Positions 1-13,219 of a DNA stretch of 64,000 bases are shown here, piece by piece. The stretch comes from Felis catus (Eukaryota): the NCBI RefSeq assembly GCF_018350175.1, contig NC_058383.1, positions 12,836,001 through 12,900,000 of the forward strand, in the 5' to 3' direction. Position 1 is the stretch's first letter. Each line of letters begins with the position of its first letter. The notes beneath the pieces are model-generated. The model was not told where the DNA came from. It made no database searches and saw only the letters and a program-made list of their open reading frames with translations. A program made the position numbers and the translations under genes.

Positions 1-341
1 GGGAATTGAGTTCACTAATTTGGCATAAGCATGTTTTCATTTGAAATCACTTAAGTGACATCTTTAAGGAAGATATTCATGCTTTATTTACCATAGGGTT
101 CCCCCACCTCTTTCCTTTAAACACCACCACCGCCACCACCACCAACAACACCCAGCCAGTTTCAAGGCTGAAAAGATATTTTGTGATGGCTGCAAACATG
201 CCTGCGAGTAACAGTTTGGTCTTCAGTTACACCTCACCGTTGACCTAGACGGGGGCAATGTGGGGCAATGCGTTATTAGAGAAAATGGATATTTTGTAAG
301 ATGAGGGTTTTTTTGTTTTTTGTTTTTTTTTTTTTCCTGGT

Positions 342-366
342 GGGTGTGTGGGTGGGAACAGGGGGG
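342..366 (+). other. Canonical G-quadruplex motif
   Basis: GGG-tgtgt-GGG-t-GGG-aaca-GGGGGG fits G3(N1-7G3)3. Confidence 0.5.
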
Positions 367-1259
367 TAGAGTTGTGCACGTGGATCACTAGTACTAGAAA
401 AGCTGAAATGAATTCTTCAGCCCTGAAATACCAGAGGGCACTGTGGATTAATGTTCTGGCCCTAATTCAGCCTCCCATCTCTTCACATACTTGGCACTGA
501 TTTGTTCATCTCAGAACTGAAGTCTTAAGGATTAAGAGGGGAGAGAAGAGAAATGCATCATTTTCTCTGCCAAAGGAGGTACTTAAACTAGGAAAAGAGG
601 AGGGGACGTTAACAAATCAAGCCTTGGCAAGGAAATCTGTCATGAATCAGCAATGACTTGGAAAGCCTCTGTAGCCTTATTTTACAAAACTAAACATTTG
701 CCACTACCAACACTTGTCTCTTGCTTACCTTTAGGATCAGCTTCAGGTCCCTCTATGGAGGGAATGAATTCTTTTTTTGCCCATTTTGACAACATTAGGT
801 AATTAATTTACAAGGAGCTCAATTAGACTCCGGCCCATACAGTGTTGTGCATGGCCTTTTTAAGAGCCTTTGTTTTGATGCTAATTGAACTGGTTGTAGC
901 AGAGACAGCCAAACAATTTACATTTATCTTTGGCAGGACACAAGGGCTCTCCCTTGGTATGGACAGCTGTATTTTCTTTTTTCCTTCTACCAAGTTTGGT
1001 ACTAAAGTGCTGTGTGCTTATTTTAATTTTCTAATTTAAAAAGCTTTGAAAATGACAAGAGCCACATATATTGTAGACAAATTGGAAGATTTAGATAGAT
1101 AAGGAAGAAAATAAAGATCATGGATAATCTTAATGCTGAGAGGAAACCAGTCACAACCTGGCATTTGTCTTTTTGTAATTTCTCCCCATATAAGGAAGTG
1201 CATGCATCTGTATACATACATGTTTGTTTGTTTGTTTGTTTATTTATTTATTTATTTAT

Positions 1260-1640
1260 TTTATAAAAGTGGGATCACAGCATATAAACATATTGGTAAT
1301 GTCCTTTTTTCTACTTAGTAAGTTGTAAATACCTTGACATTTCATAAAAGATTATTCTGCATTTAATAGCTGCATAGTAGTCTGTTATGTGGATTTACCA
1401 AAACATACTTAACCAATCTGTTATTATTGGATACTGAAGCTTATTCTGTTTTTTTTTTTTAATATTATAACCAGCGTTTGACATATATTCTTATTACTAA
1501 GTCTTTGTTAGGTTCTTTAATTATTAGCAACAGGCAAATTACTAGATATTGAGTTACTTGGATAAGGGCATGCATGTTTTTAAATTTTTTTTGATGTATA
1601 CTGCCTAATGGTTGTACCATGTTTCACACTGACATGCAGT
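1260..1640 (-). mobile_element. Ancient L1 (L1ME-like) 3' fragment
   Basis: Degenerate antisense L1ME 3' motifs (aaaagtgggatcacagcata, tttaatagctgcatagtagtctgttatgtggattt, ttaaccaatc, ggttgtaccatgtttcacact); boundaries approximate. Confidence 0.55.
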
Positions 1641-1996
1641 ACATGTGAGCTTTATGTTTATTCTTGATACACAGAGTATCGAAAGCCTTGACTCAGGGGT
1701 GGGTTAAATCCTGATCAATAATTTTGCTCTTGCTCCTAAAATTTAGATCAGCCTTGTATATTTTATATTCCCAACATTAGGTCAGTGTTTTCATTCATTC
1801 TTGTTTTCTTGTTTTGAAGAGATATAGAATAAAAAAAGCAAGTGGCTGCTTCATTAAGACAGAAGTGGTCTGTTTTTCCCCAGGGAAGACTCTGAAGCAA
1901 CTTTTCCCATATGAATAAGAACTGACCTAAAGAAATAGACTAAAATCAAAGCAGGAAGTGGATCGCTTTGCCCAGTGTATGAAAAATAAATTTGTA

Positions 1997-2238
1997 TTTT
2001 TTTTTTCTAAATGGTTATTTATTTTGAGAGAGGCACTCGTGTACGTGAGAGCAGGTACAGGGGAGGGGCAGAGAGAGAGAGAGGGAGAAAGAGAGAGAGA
2101 GGGAGAGAGATTCCCAAGCAGGCTCTGCATGCTCCGTGCAGACCCCAACACAGGGCTCGATCTCACGAACCTTGAGATCATGACCAGGGCCGAAATCAAG
2201 AGTCAGATGCTTAACCTACTGAGCCACCTAGTCACCCT
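1997..2238 (-). mobile_element. CanSINE (feliform SINEC)
   Basis: Antisense poly-T, tttattt, (GA)n, ttcccaagcaggctc, gagatcatgacc, ttaacc..ctgagccacc head; short flanking repeat tttgta. Confidence 0.93.
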
Positions 2239-3549
2239 TGTTTGTACCTTCTTGAGGTGGTAAAGCCCATGCCTAGGGGAGCAAGATGATAAACTCTAGC
2301 ATCTCCATTAAGGGTAGCCTTGGAGAAGCCATCACAACATTTTGTCTAAATTTTAGAGTATCTGCTGCATTATTTTGTAGTCTTCTTACTTGTTTAAACC
2401 GCTAGGCTAGAATTCTCAAGAGTTGGTGTTGAATCCTATTTGCTGTATTTGCAGCGTCTGAATGTTGGACATGCCGTCAGACAAATACCAGGTGCTCATT
2501 GTTCACTGAATGAATAAAAGGACAGATATGCAGGAGAAAGATTGACATTTTGCTCAGGAGCAAGTTAACGATCCAAGCAGAAGTTGGAGTTCTCTCATCA
2601 GTCTTTCCCAGATTCTTACAGTACTAGGATTGCATGTTTTTCCCAGGGTGGTACTTTGTATGATTGTATTTAAAATCAATAGTAAAATTCTCATTTTATC
2701 TATAGTACAGCTTCCCTACCCCCTCTTTTTCTTTTCTGGTAACATCAGCCTCAGTGTTTGTTGAATTCAACACACACTCAACTCACATTTCTTTTTTCCT
2801 TTCTCTCTTTCTTTCATATTTTCACCTCTCCAATTTCATTCTCCGTTGACGTTTTAACTTAGTCCAAGCAGTATTGCCATCTGGATGTCAAAATGCATTG
2901 AATTGACCTCTTATCTGGAGATCCAAGTGAAGGTCTCACCTGCCCAGGAAATGAGGGATTTAACCAGGAATGGAGACAGGTAAAGCAGAGGCTCCTCCCA
3001 AGGCTCAGGTGCTGTTGGTTTCCAGCTGGTGCTTTGGTTCGCGGTGGGGTGCAGATGTGCATTGTTTTCCCGTGGAAAGCAGCTCCTGAATACTGTTTCT
3101 GTTGGGAACTTCTCATTTTGCCAGTGCCAAATAATGTCTGCAACAAAAGTTGGCTTCAGGGCAAACCAGGAGAAGGAGGGAATTAAAGAGAAGTTTTAAC
3201 ATTCCTGTGTTTTAAATTTTTCCTGTGACTATAGCCTTTTCCCCTTCTTAGTGAATTACTGCAGAGTTTTATTAAAATTTTAAGTTCTGGAAATTAGACA
3301 CCATGGTAGTTAGGCCAGCATGGGATACTGTACTCTTAGGTTCCATAATATTTCATAGTACATCTCTTTATTGTATGTTAAATGATAGGGAAGTATAATA
3401 AAATGTACCTAGAGAGTACTTATCTATTTTATGTCCTGTAACATTCAGTACTTGATGCAAATGTAGCAGATCTCAACTCAGAAAGGAACAAAACTGGTTA
3501 TAGCTCAAGAAAGGGATGACAGGTTCTTTGTTGATAGCATAAGTTCACC

Positions 3550-3700
3550 AGAATCATGGGATTTGAGACCCTAAGGGGCCCTCATAACATCTAGTCCAAT
3601 TCTTGCTTTTAAAGATGGGGAAAGAATTAGCCACTGGTCCCGGGTCATTCAGCAGGTGAGGGAGAGAGCTGGGGGCTAAACCCAGAACAGAGCACCCACT
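3550..3700 (-). mobile_element. MIR-family fragment
   Basis: agaatcatggga...catctagtccaa...ttttaaagatgggg...gagctgggggctaaacccag resembles antisense MIR core. Confidence 0.55.
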
Positions 3701-3756
3701 CTGCTGTGTTTTACATTATCTGACCATGGTGGAAACATTTAGTCAATCTCTCTTTA

Positions 3757-3878
3757 TTATTTTATTTTTCTAAGATTTTATTTTTAAGTAATCTCTACAC
3801 CCATCATGGGGCTTGAACTTACAACCCTGAGAGATCAGAAGGCACATGTCATTCCGACTGAGCCAGCCAGGTGCGCCT
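3757..3878 (-). mobile_element. Short old CanSINE lacking the (CT)n tract (SINEC_old-like)
   Basis: taagtaatctctacaccc..ggggcttgaactt..ccgactgagccagccaggtgcgcc; TSD aatctctcttta at 3745-3756 and 3884-3895. Confidence 0.88.
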
Positions 3879-6800
3879 GGTCTAATCTCTCTTTAAAAGA
3901 GCGTACTATTTGATGTTTTGTTGGCTTGAAACATGTTGTTGTGCCCAAGGGCTCCCAAAGGGCTGCTTGTTTTCCTGGTGGCCCAGGTTATTCCATGCTT
4001 CTCTGAGGGCCGCTTGGGCTGCGATGGAAATGAAAGCTGTGTTGGGACGGTGCTTAGAGAATTGTCTCTGATGAACTGGCTTCTTACCTTATAAAGAACG
4101 CACAGGAAAGACACACAGGGAATTGTCATTTCATAAGACTGTTGACTCTGGACGGAGAGAAGCCCAGGTGGCAGATGGTCACAGCCCTTTGCAGCTGCGT
4201 TGCTGTCGTTGCCATCTCTTTGCGGCCTTAGATAACCGGGAGTCTTCGGTTCTTTATCTGTGTTCCTGGATTCACAGTATGATCTGGGTCAACACTTTAC
4301 ATCCTCAGCCTCAGTTTCCTCTCAGGAAATTCCAGGGGGGTTACATGAATGATTTCTAAGGTACCTTTCAGGTCTTGCATAATCATTCTGTGAAAATGAG
4401 TATGTTTATAGAAGTTTATCCACAAGATTGAATAACCAAACATGGATTTCTAGCGGTCCATTTTATTGCTGTTTTGATTGGTTTTCATGGGAATTTGGAA
4501 AATGTCTACAGACTTTACTGTGATCAAGCTGCTAGCAGTTATTCACAGAACACACACCAGGTGCTCGGGGCCATAAAAGAAATAGTGTCCAGCCTGAGGG
4601 AGACCAGAAAGGGTTCTTTATCTCCCAGGCTGGGGATGGAGGGCATTCTTCCCCTGCCACTGGATTTAAGCTCTTTTGAGTGCAGGGCCTTTGTCTGTCT
4701 TTTATAGTGCAGGGCTCAGTAAATATTGGTTTCATGAATGAAACAATGAATCCACTTGTCAGTCTTGCTTGTATTTGCCCAAGATGTCCCACTGAGATTC
4801 ATTGTTTTCTTTAACTTTTAAATGCTGTTAACTTGAATACCTTTTCCAGAAAGTGTTCTTCACCTTCCATGGAAGATTGCTGAGGCTAAATGAAAAATCC
4901 ATAAATACTACATTCCTTTCTTGGAAATACATTTCAGTATTAGCATATTGAAAGCAATGAGATGTCTGCCTTAAAATAACTTTGTTTGACCCAACGTTTC
5001 CCAAATGTATTTGAACTTGGAATCCTATCCTTTCCATTCCTCCTGGAATCGTTGTTAATATCCTTGTAGAGCTGTAATCTGTGAAAGAGAAAGTTGGATT
5101 AGTGAGTAGTAATAGGGAATAAATAGTAGCAGCAACATTGGTTGAGAATAATTAATTCAGCACTGATGGAGCATATATGTTAAGCACTGCTTCTGGCGGC
5201 CCTGTGTGAAATCAGGTTAGACGTGTTGGTTTTTTTTCCTTTTTTTTTCTTTTTGAAAATGACTGTGCTTCATTGGAGATTGAAGGTTAGGTGATAGGAG
5301 ATTAAAGGAAGTTGTAAGTGACCTAATAGCTATTTTGAAGTTTTAACTGGTGTCAAGGGCTACCCTGCCAGGTACTGCAGGGAATAATGATGAAAGGGGT
5401 CTGTGTCTGCTCCTTCAGGAGCTGGCTGTCCAGTGGAGGAGACAGACATGTAAACAGATGATAGCAGTAATGCACTCAAATGTGTAAGGAGCAGAAGTAG
5501 GACAGAGGAAGGAATGGTACTTTTCCCCAAATTTAAAACAGACTTGCTGTTTATACAATAAGCCAAAACCAAATTGACTGGAACCCCTCTGGATCTTCTA
5601 GACAAAATTCTGCTCATACATCCAGACTCTAATGACTAGCTAGGCTTCTCCATGCTTTCCTGGTTCCAGAATTAATCACGTCATCTGTAATCCCATCAGA
5701 GCCTTGCTTACACCCGTCTTGGGCTTTATCACAATCTGCCTTGTATGTGAATGACTTGAGGGCATAGAGGGTCATCTTTGTCCCTCCATGTTTGGGCCCA
5801 GCTTGAACCAAATAGGGCAGTGTGTATCAGCGTTCTGCTTAGACTCGGGGCAAGGCATTGGGACTGTGAAAATTACTCACTGTATGGAAATCAGTAAATA
5901 AAAACAAGTTTCATACAAGCCATAGATTGAGAAGGTGGTAGTGTTATTAAGAGTATGGCTCCTTTCCATAGCTTTTTTCCCCCCATGATGCCTAAATGTG
6001 ACTTAAATTTCCAGAAGGCAATACATTTTTGTAGGAGCTCAGCAATTCCACGTCATGAAGTGTTTTTATTTCATGTGAACATTTTGTAGTCTTTTTGTTT
6101 TTTTCAGGACCTTTCTCCTATATTCTGTATTTCGTCTGGACTGTCCTAAGAATAAGTTCAGTTTTTGGTACTCTGTTCCCCACTAGTGGTTGTGTTTGTT
6201 GCCCAAAGTCAAAGTGTTGATGGATGACATTTCCCGTTAAAGTATTTGCAGCCATATGCAATGTGGGGCAGAGTGATTCCCAGTATGGTGCAGTGGAAAT
6301 AACTAAACTGGAAGTCAGCCTGACTCGCTTTTGTAGTAAGTAGTTCATTTTCTTTTGTGACCTTGGGCAAGTTTCTTAGCCTTCCAATAACTGAGGAGGT
6401 TGGACCAGAATTAGCACAGCCTCTTCTCATGCTGACATTCCATGATTCTCTGGGGGAGGATTCAATTCCATGGAGGTTTAAAGTGGATACATTTGTAGGT
6501 TAAATGGCTTTGTTCATTGAGGTTTTTTTTTCCCCCTTACTCCGTTTTGGAGCAATATGACTGCATGTCACGGAGGAAAACCAAATTACCTAGAATTCTC
6601 AAAAGACCGCAGTTCTTATCCTATTTTTTATTTTGAGGGGAATGGGAAAAAAAGGCAAAACAAGCTTGTCTATATCCATGAATTAAGACAAATTCATCCA
6701 TTTTTTACATACACAGTGTACATACCCGTATTCAGTGAGGTGCTGCAGACTCTTAATTGAAGAGGAAATACTTGGTTGGGTTTGCCATCATAAATCTAGG

Positions 6801-7165
6801 GAGAATTCTGTGTGATCTGTTTTGAGTATTTTCATCTAGAGTTGAGACAAAAAGTTGTCTTGGGTGGAGAGGCTTTGTTACAGGAAGTTGGCTTCTAGTT
6901 TTATGATGAATGTACTGTGTATCCTTGGGTACCTCACTGAACCTTTCTGAATTTCAGTGTCTTCAATGGACAGAATGCTATCATTCTGATTATAAACAGC
7001 TCTGTAATTAGACAATTCTAGGCATTTGTTTCAGGTTCCTTCCTGTTCTTTTCCTTGAAAGATTAACAACATCCCCATTTCTACTCCCACACAATCCCAG
7101 ACATTTGTTGATTTGTGAGGGAAAAGAATTTTAAAACACTTTAAATGGTACACTCAAGAAAATTT

Positions 7166-7723
7166 TATTAGTTGTCTATCGCTGTATAACAGTATTGCCG
7201 CAAGCTTCAACTTTTTGTAGCGTAAAATAACATCTGTTTATTATCTCTTAACTCCTGTGGGTCAGGAGTTTGGGCAGAGCTTAGCTGGGTCCTTTGCACA
7301 GCTGCCATCAGGATGTTGCAGGACTGGGACTCATCTGAATGCTTGTCTGGGGAAGGATATCCTACCAGGCTTGCTCAAGTTGTTGGTGGAATTCATTTCC
7401 TTGCAGCTGTAGGACTGAGGGCCTTGTTTGCTTGCTGGCCGGGGGCTCCCTCTGCTCCACATTTCCTTGTCACGTGGGGTTACCCCACATAGCTGCTCAC
7501 TTTCTCTTAGCCAGTTAAGGAGTAAGGCAGATACAGATATTGTAGTCTTCTGTGCTCTAGTCATGTATATGTAATCATGCACATCTGTCATTTTTGCTGC
7601 ACCCTACAGGTTAGAAGCAAGTCACAGGTCCCTCCCACACTCAAGAAGGAGAGAGGATTGCACAAGGGTGTGGACACTGGGAGGTGAGGATCATGGGGGT
7701 CACCTTAAGAGTCTGTCAGCCAC
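7166..7723 (-). mobile_element. MaLR solo LTR (MLT1E/F-like)
   Basis: tattagttgtctatcgctgtataaca..tttattatctc..ctgtgggtcaggagtttgggcagagcttagctgggtcc..agcaagtcacaggtcc..ggggtcaccttaagagtctgtcagccaca. Confidence 0.75.
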
Positions 7724-8053
7724 ACATATGAGAGACAGAAGCCATGTTGAAAATTTTTTATGTTTTCCTGTGGATGTATGCTAAAACATTGTACTTCACC
7801 AGAGAGCCTCAGTAAACATTGATCAACTGAAAATCCTACTCAGATCAAGCTACCTGCCCGCAGTGTTTTTGTACCACGCTCTTTTTTAATTTGTTTAATT
7901 TATTTTACTTTTTGACTTCACATACTGGTGAAGGCAGGGTTTGAAGCCCATTCATCTTTTTGCTTCCCTGCCGAGCACAGCACATGCAGGTATTAGGTGC
8001 TCAGTGTTTGTTCAAGGATTGTAGCAGCATTGAGTTAATTCGAAGAAGGTCTC

Positions 8054-8463
8054 TGCCACAGACTGAATTATGTCCCCCTCAAATTCATATATCATAGCCC
8101 TAACCCCCAGTGTGATGATATTTGGAAATGGGGCCTTTGGGAGATTTTTAGATTTGGGTCAGATGATGAGGATGGGGCCTTCAGTGATGGATTAGTGCCC
8201 TTATAAGAAGAGGTACCAGAGAGCTTCCTCTCTCTGCCTCCTCCTTCTTTCTTTCTTTCCCCACCTCGCACCCCCATATGACTTTAGGGCACAGCATGTA
8301 GGTGCCTGTCTACAAGCCAGGAAGAGAGCACTCACCAGAACCCGACCATGCTGACCCCTTGATTTTAGACTTCTGGCCTCTAGAACTGTGAGAAAATAAA
8401 TGTCTGTTGTTAAAGCCACCCAGTCATGGTACATCATCCTGGCAGCCCAAGCTGATTAAGATA
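8054..8463 (+). mobile_element. MaLR solo LTR (MLT1A-like)
   Basis: TG..gactgaattatgtcccccctcaaattcatat, ggattagtgcccttataagaag, ctctagaactgtgagaaaataaatgtctgttgttaaagccacccagt; 5-bp TSD gtctc/gtccc. Confidence 0.88.
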
Positions 8464-8589
8464 GTCCCCCCACATCACCCTTTTGTTCTGTCTAGAGAGA
8501 GAGATATACAAAGGTTACAGAATGGCAGTGATCCCCTGGCAGCCACTGAGCCAGGCAGAGTGGTGTTTAATTTCAACCATTTCTATTCT

Positions 8590-8839
8590 GTTTTCTTTCT
8601 TTTTTTTCTAATGTTAATGTTTTTTAGAGACAGAGAGCGTGCCCTCCTGTGCACATGTGTTGAGCAGGGAAGGGGCAGAGAGAGAGAGGGAGAGAATCAC
8701 AAGCAACAGTGACAGACGTGGGGCCAACCCCATGGCACCAAACCTCTATGTGAGGCTTCATCTCACCACCATGACCTTGAGATCATGACGTGAGCTGAAA
8801 TCAAGAGTCAGAGATTTGACTGAGCCCCCCAGGTGCCCC
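8590..8839 (-). mobile_element. CanSINE with rearranged internal segment
   Basis: SINE head aggtgcccc, gagatcatgacgtgagctgaaatcaagagtc; 17-bp TSD tcaaccatttctattct at 8573-8589 and 8840-8856. Confidence 0.92.
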
Positions 8840-10937
8840 TCAACCATTTCTATTCTTTATTGACTTTCAGTTATAACTAATTGTGGAGGGCCCCTGGGTT
8901 TTTTGTTTTTTGTTTTTTCCTGGGCAAAATGATGATTCAAAACATGCTGCCTTTGGTTTTTAAGTGTTGTGCTGCCAAACAGGAACACCTAATGGAACCA
9001 AAATGTTGCTCCTGAAAAGCCTTGATGGTGGGAACTTCTATAGTGAATTCTTAATTTCTTCCTGAGGCTTACTTACCTTTCTTTTTCTTTTTCTTTTTTT
9101 TAACTTTAACAATTCATTTGTTTTTTCTTTTGGGCTCAGTACTGCTCCCCCAGTTTTCTGCCTTTCTGACTTTGGACAACTTGCTTCTTCTCTGGGTTCT
9201 TCTTTAATGCAATTGGGATACTCATGCGTATCTAAAAAGAAGGAAATAGTTAAGGAAAGCTCTAGGCACAAAATTTGAACTCACTGAATGACAGTTTGAC
9301 TAACCGTAGGAGAATGACTAACATGTGACATTTATTTTTTCAGTTTCGTTCGTCAAACGAGCAGTGGCATGGTGTAATACGTTATTGATCTCAGTGAGTA
9401 AGAGAATTGGGGAAGGGAACCAAGAAAATCTCACCATCTTCCTTCTGCTTGAAAACAAATCTTGAATTCTTGAACAGGGATTTTTTTTTAAGTGTTTTTA
9501 AGCCACATAAAATTTTTTGTTTTTAATAATTGCCGTCAAAATTATCAAGCACTGAGAGCCATATTTTGATCTGGCATTTAATTATAATGGAAAGACTCAC
9601 AAGTGATTCAGAGGAAGGATTTAGAATTCTATCCCTTTCATATTATAGGAGACTGAAAGCATCATACACTGATTGACATACAATCATATGGAAGAGAGGG
9701 AACAGGAGTCATAAATCTTACCTTTTATACAAACTCAACATTTCCAGTGATTTCATTGAAACAAACACTAAACAAATTAGACCTATGAAATCCACCTTAG
9801 GGTCAGGCTGACCCCCAGGGCATGCGACATCACTCTGCACTGAAAGGCTTAGGAGTCCTGCGTCACACCCTCAGTGTTCAAAACTCAGCTTCTGAGTTAA
9901 GGGAGGATTGTGTCGGTTTTGGGGCCTGGAGGAAAGATGGAGTGGAAAGGAGACTTCCAGCCTGGGGCTCCTCCTGTTCTCTCTGGATTTAGGGTCTGTT
10001 AAAACACATTTAGACCTCTGATTGGCAACATGCAAATAGCAGTGGCCCTAATTGAAAGGGAGGAGACCAAACCGGGACCAAAGGTCAGGACTTTACAGTG
10101 ATGACTAGTGTCCTGGGGGTGTGAACTGAAATGGTCTGCTTCCCCCCCTACCCCCCCTGCCCTTCCCTCTTTCTGGGCTTGGAAATCCTGGAAGGAAGCA
10201 GGAAGGGACCATTAACTAAACTAAGATGTGATGTGAATTGTTCCTGGGTGGACTGAGATTTCAGAGGAGGGGAACACCCTCCAAGCCTTTTTTACAGTAG
10301 TATATTACAACCTGACTGCTACCTGCAGTTTGCCAATTACCCAATTATGACACAAATTTGCACATTTTTTTTTAAAGTAGGCTGCTACTATTCTTCCTTA
10401 TACAAGGATTTTAGTCACTGTACATCTTGTGTCTTTAAATAATGTATTAGGAACATTTTCAAGTCTGTAAGTGCTTTTTTAATGAGAGTGTGAAGATTTT
10501 AATGGGACTAGATTGCTTTTCATGACATTTCAGAGTGACTTAATTGTAACAATGTTGAGAGGCTGTATTTTAAAGTTTGCTAAGTATGTCTGCTGTGGAT
10601 TATAGTCAGACACTTAAAAGGATGGATGGATGGATAGTGGAACCAGATAGCTTTTCCTTACTACTTTCCTCCAATTATTAGCTCTTTGCAAATATTGTTG
10701 CACCAAACCAGGCACAGGGCAGGGTTCTCGTGAACCTTTTAATTTTAAAATAGGAACAGAGACTAATTACTGAAGCTAGCTGAGATAGTTTCAGAGACAA
10801 GTTCTTTCTCCCAGGGCATTTCCGGTTTCCTTTTACAGAGCCAGGAGGCCAGGCCATCTTTCCTTGTCTGTATTCCCTGTTAGTTCCTGAGCTTCCTTGT
10901 CTGTTGGTTTTAAAAAAGGTACCTATCTTGGGTCTCA

Positions 10938-11154
10938 TTTTTTTTTTTTTTCAACGTTTATTTATTTTCGGGACAGAGAGAGACAGAGCATGAACGGGGG
11001 AGGGGCAGAGAGAGAGGGAGACACAGAATCAGAAACAGGCTCCAGGCTCTGAGCCATCAGCCCAGAGCCCGACGCGGGGCTCGAACTCGGGGACCGCGAG
11101 ATCGTGACCTGGCTGAAGTTGGACGCTTAACCGACTGCGCCACCCAGGCGCCCC
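10938..11154 (-). mobile_element. Young SINEC_Fc CanSINE
   Basis: CpG-intact body (cccgacgcggggctcgaactc, ctgcgccacccaggcgcccc), pure poly-T tail, perfect TSD atcttgggtctca(ttt) at 10925 and 11155. Confidence 0.97.
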
Positions 11155-11407
11155 ATCTTGGGTCTCATTTTTTCAGATATTTTAGTGGGTGTTCCTAAAA
11201 TATTGTCACTTCCAGATAACCATTTACTTTTTTAATGATAAGAATTTCAGACTCTTTGTGAAACTTTTTTTCTTGTCTTCAAAATAACAGAGTTATTCAG
11301 AGGTCTTTTCCTGCACAAGTGTTCTTAGGATTCTGGAACCTGTAGCCAACTTTTCAAATTAGATCAGATGGTTGGTCAGACACTTCCCAAACTACTCTTA
11401 GTGAGTT

Positions 11408-11870
11408 TGTATTGGTTTCCCAGGATCAGGGCTGCTGCAACGAAGTACTAGGGGCCCGGTGGCTTGAGGCAGCTGAAATCCATTCCCTCACAGTGCGGGA
11501 GGCTGGAAGTCTGAAATCCAGGTACCAGCAGGGCCTTGCTCCTTCTAAAACCTGTAGGGGATCCTTCTTTGCCTCTTGGACCTAGCTTCTGGCGGTTTGT
11601 GGGCAGTCTCTTGTTTTCCTTGGCTTACAGCTGTGTGACACCAGTCTCGGCCTCTGTGGTCACATGGTGTTCTCCCCGTGTGTGTCTGTCTTCACACGGT
11701 CATCTTCTTAGGACATGAGGCATATATTAGATTAGGGGCCCACCCTGCTCCGCCGTGACCTTGTCTTAACTAATTACACCTGCAGCAACCCTGTTCCCAT
11801 AAAGTTCCATACCAAGGTGCTGAGAATTAGGGTACACCTTTTTTGAATGGACAGAATTCAACTCATGACA
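11408..11870 (-). mobile_element. MaLR solo LTR (MLT1B/C-like)
   Basis: tgtattggtttcc..ggctgctgcaac..ggaggctggaagtctgaaatc..gattaggggcccaccct..cttaactaattacacctgca..gacagaattcaactcatgaca. Confidence 0.85.
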
Positions 11871-12207
11871 AGATTCTGCTTTAACGAGCACGCAGGAGAT
11901 TCTGATGCAGCCAGTATTGGTTCTCAAAGTGGGGTTTCTGGCCTATTTACACAAAATTCATCAGGAGCACTAAAGAAACTGTGTACATATATGTATACAG
12001 ATGGTTTAAGGAAGAAAAAGAAACCCAAGACTCATGTACTCACTACCCAGATTAAGAAGTAAAATATTGTCAGTACCTTCAAAGGCCTTAGAAAGTTGTA
12101 GGTTCTCCTCTGAGGGGGTAGGTAGGTCAAGGAGATTTAGAATAGCAAGGAGTATTAGAATTCAGGGTTTTTGGTTTTTTTTTTTTTCCCTTTATCACGA
12201 GGTATAT

Positions 12208-12440
12208 ATATATATATATTTTTTAATTTTTTTTCAACGTTTTTTATTTATTTTTGGGACAGAGAGAGACAGAGCATGAACGGGGGAGGGGCAGAGAGAG
12301 AGGGAGACACAGAATCGGAAACAGGCTCCAGGCTCCGAGCCATCAGCCCAGAGCCTGATGCGGGGCTTGAACTCACGGGCCTCGAGATCGTGACCTGGCT
12401 GAAGTCGGACGCTTAACTGACTGCGCCACCCAGGCGCCCC
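12208..12440 (-). mobile_element. Young SINEC_Fc CanSINE
   Basis: Near-identical to the 10938 copy; TSD acgaggtatat at 12197-12207 and 12441-12451. Confidence 0.97.
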
Positions 12441-13219
12441 ACGAGGTATATTTTTAAGTTGGTTTAGAAAACTTAACTTTGGAGTGGAATGAGTTTTTTT
12501 TTTTCTGTTACAGAAAAGATTCAAGAAAAGGCGTGACTTTTTTCAGTGTGGTGAAATAGTTATTAGCTCCTCTTATTTTTGGGATGGTTTCCTGAAAAAA
12601 AATTCTCACCTATAATTTTCTGAATTAGTTTAGACCTGTAGCTGAGAGAGACTTAACAGTGGTGCACACTTGGATTAGTGGGAGGAAGGTGTGCATGTGT
12701 GATGTAAGGAACCTATTATTGATTATGTTCCTTATAGTCCTTTCTCCTGGGAATTTTGTGAAGCTTACTATCTGCTAGATAATTTTAAGTTTGAAAATGC
12801 CTTGAGTTCCTTGGGGGAAGCTGTTACATAAATGTAAATAAATTATGCAGCACCTGAATTTGGTTGTTCATCATTTTTTATAGTGTGTTTTAATTAAGAA
12901 CTTAGCACTATTTAAGTTGGATGGCTGGGGAAAGATCTTAATCGCTCACACATGGTTGAATAAGTAGGCAGGAAGGAGTATCATTTAGGCTGGAACCCAT
13001 GAAGGAATAAATGAACAGGACCTCTTCTGGAAATCTGTCATTTTCCATGATGCTCACTGAGCTAAAGCTGTGGGTTAATGTCTCCTCCCCTGTGCTTACA
13101 TGGTGCTGTTAGAGAATCAGCTTTTTTTTTTTTTTTTTTTTTTTTTGCCTGTTTACAGACTTTCAGATACCTTGGACCTCTCTGGTTTTCCATCCAGAAT
13201 GAGTGGGAGACCTTTTCTT

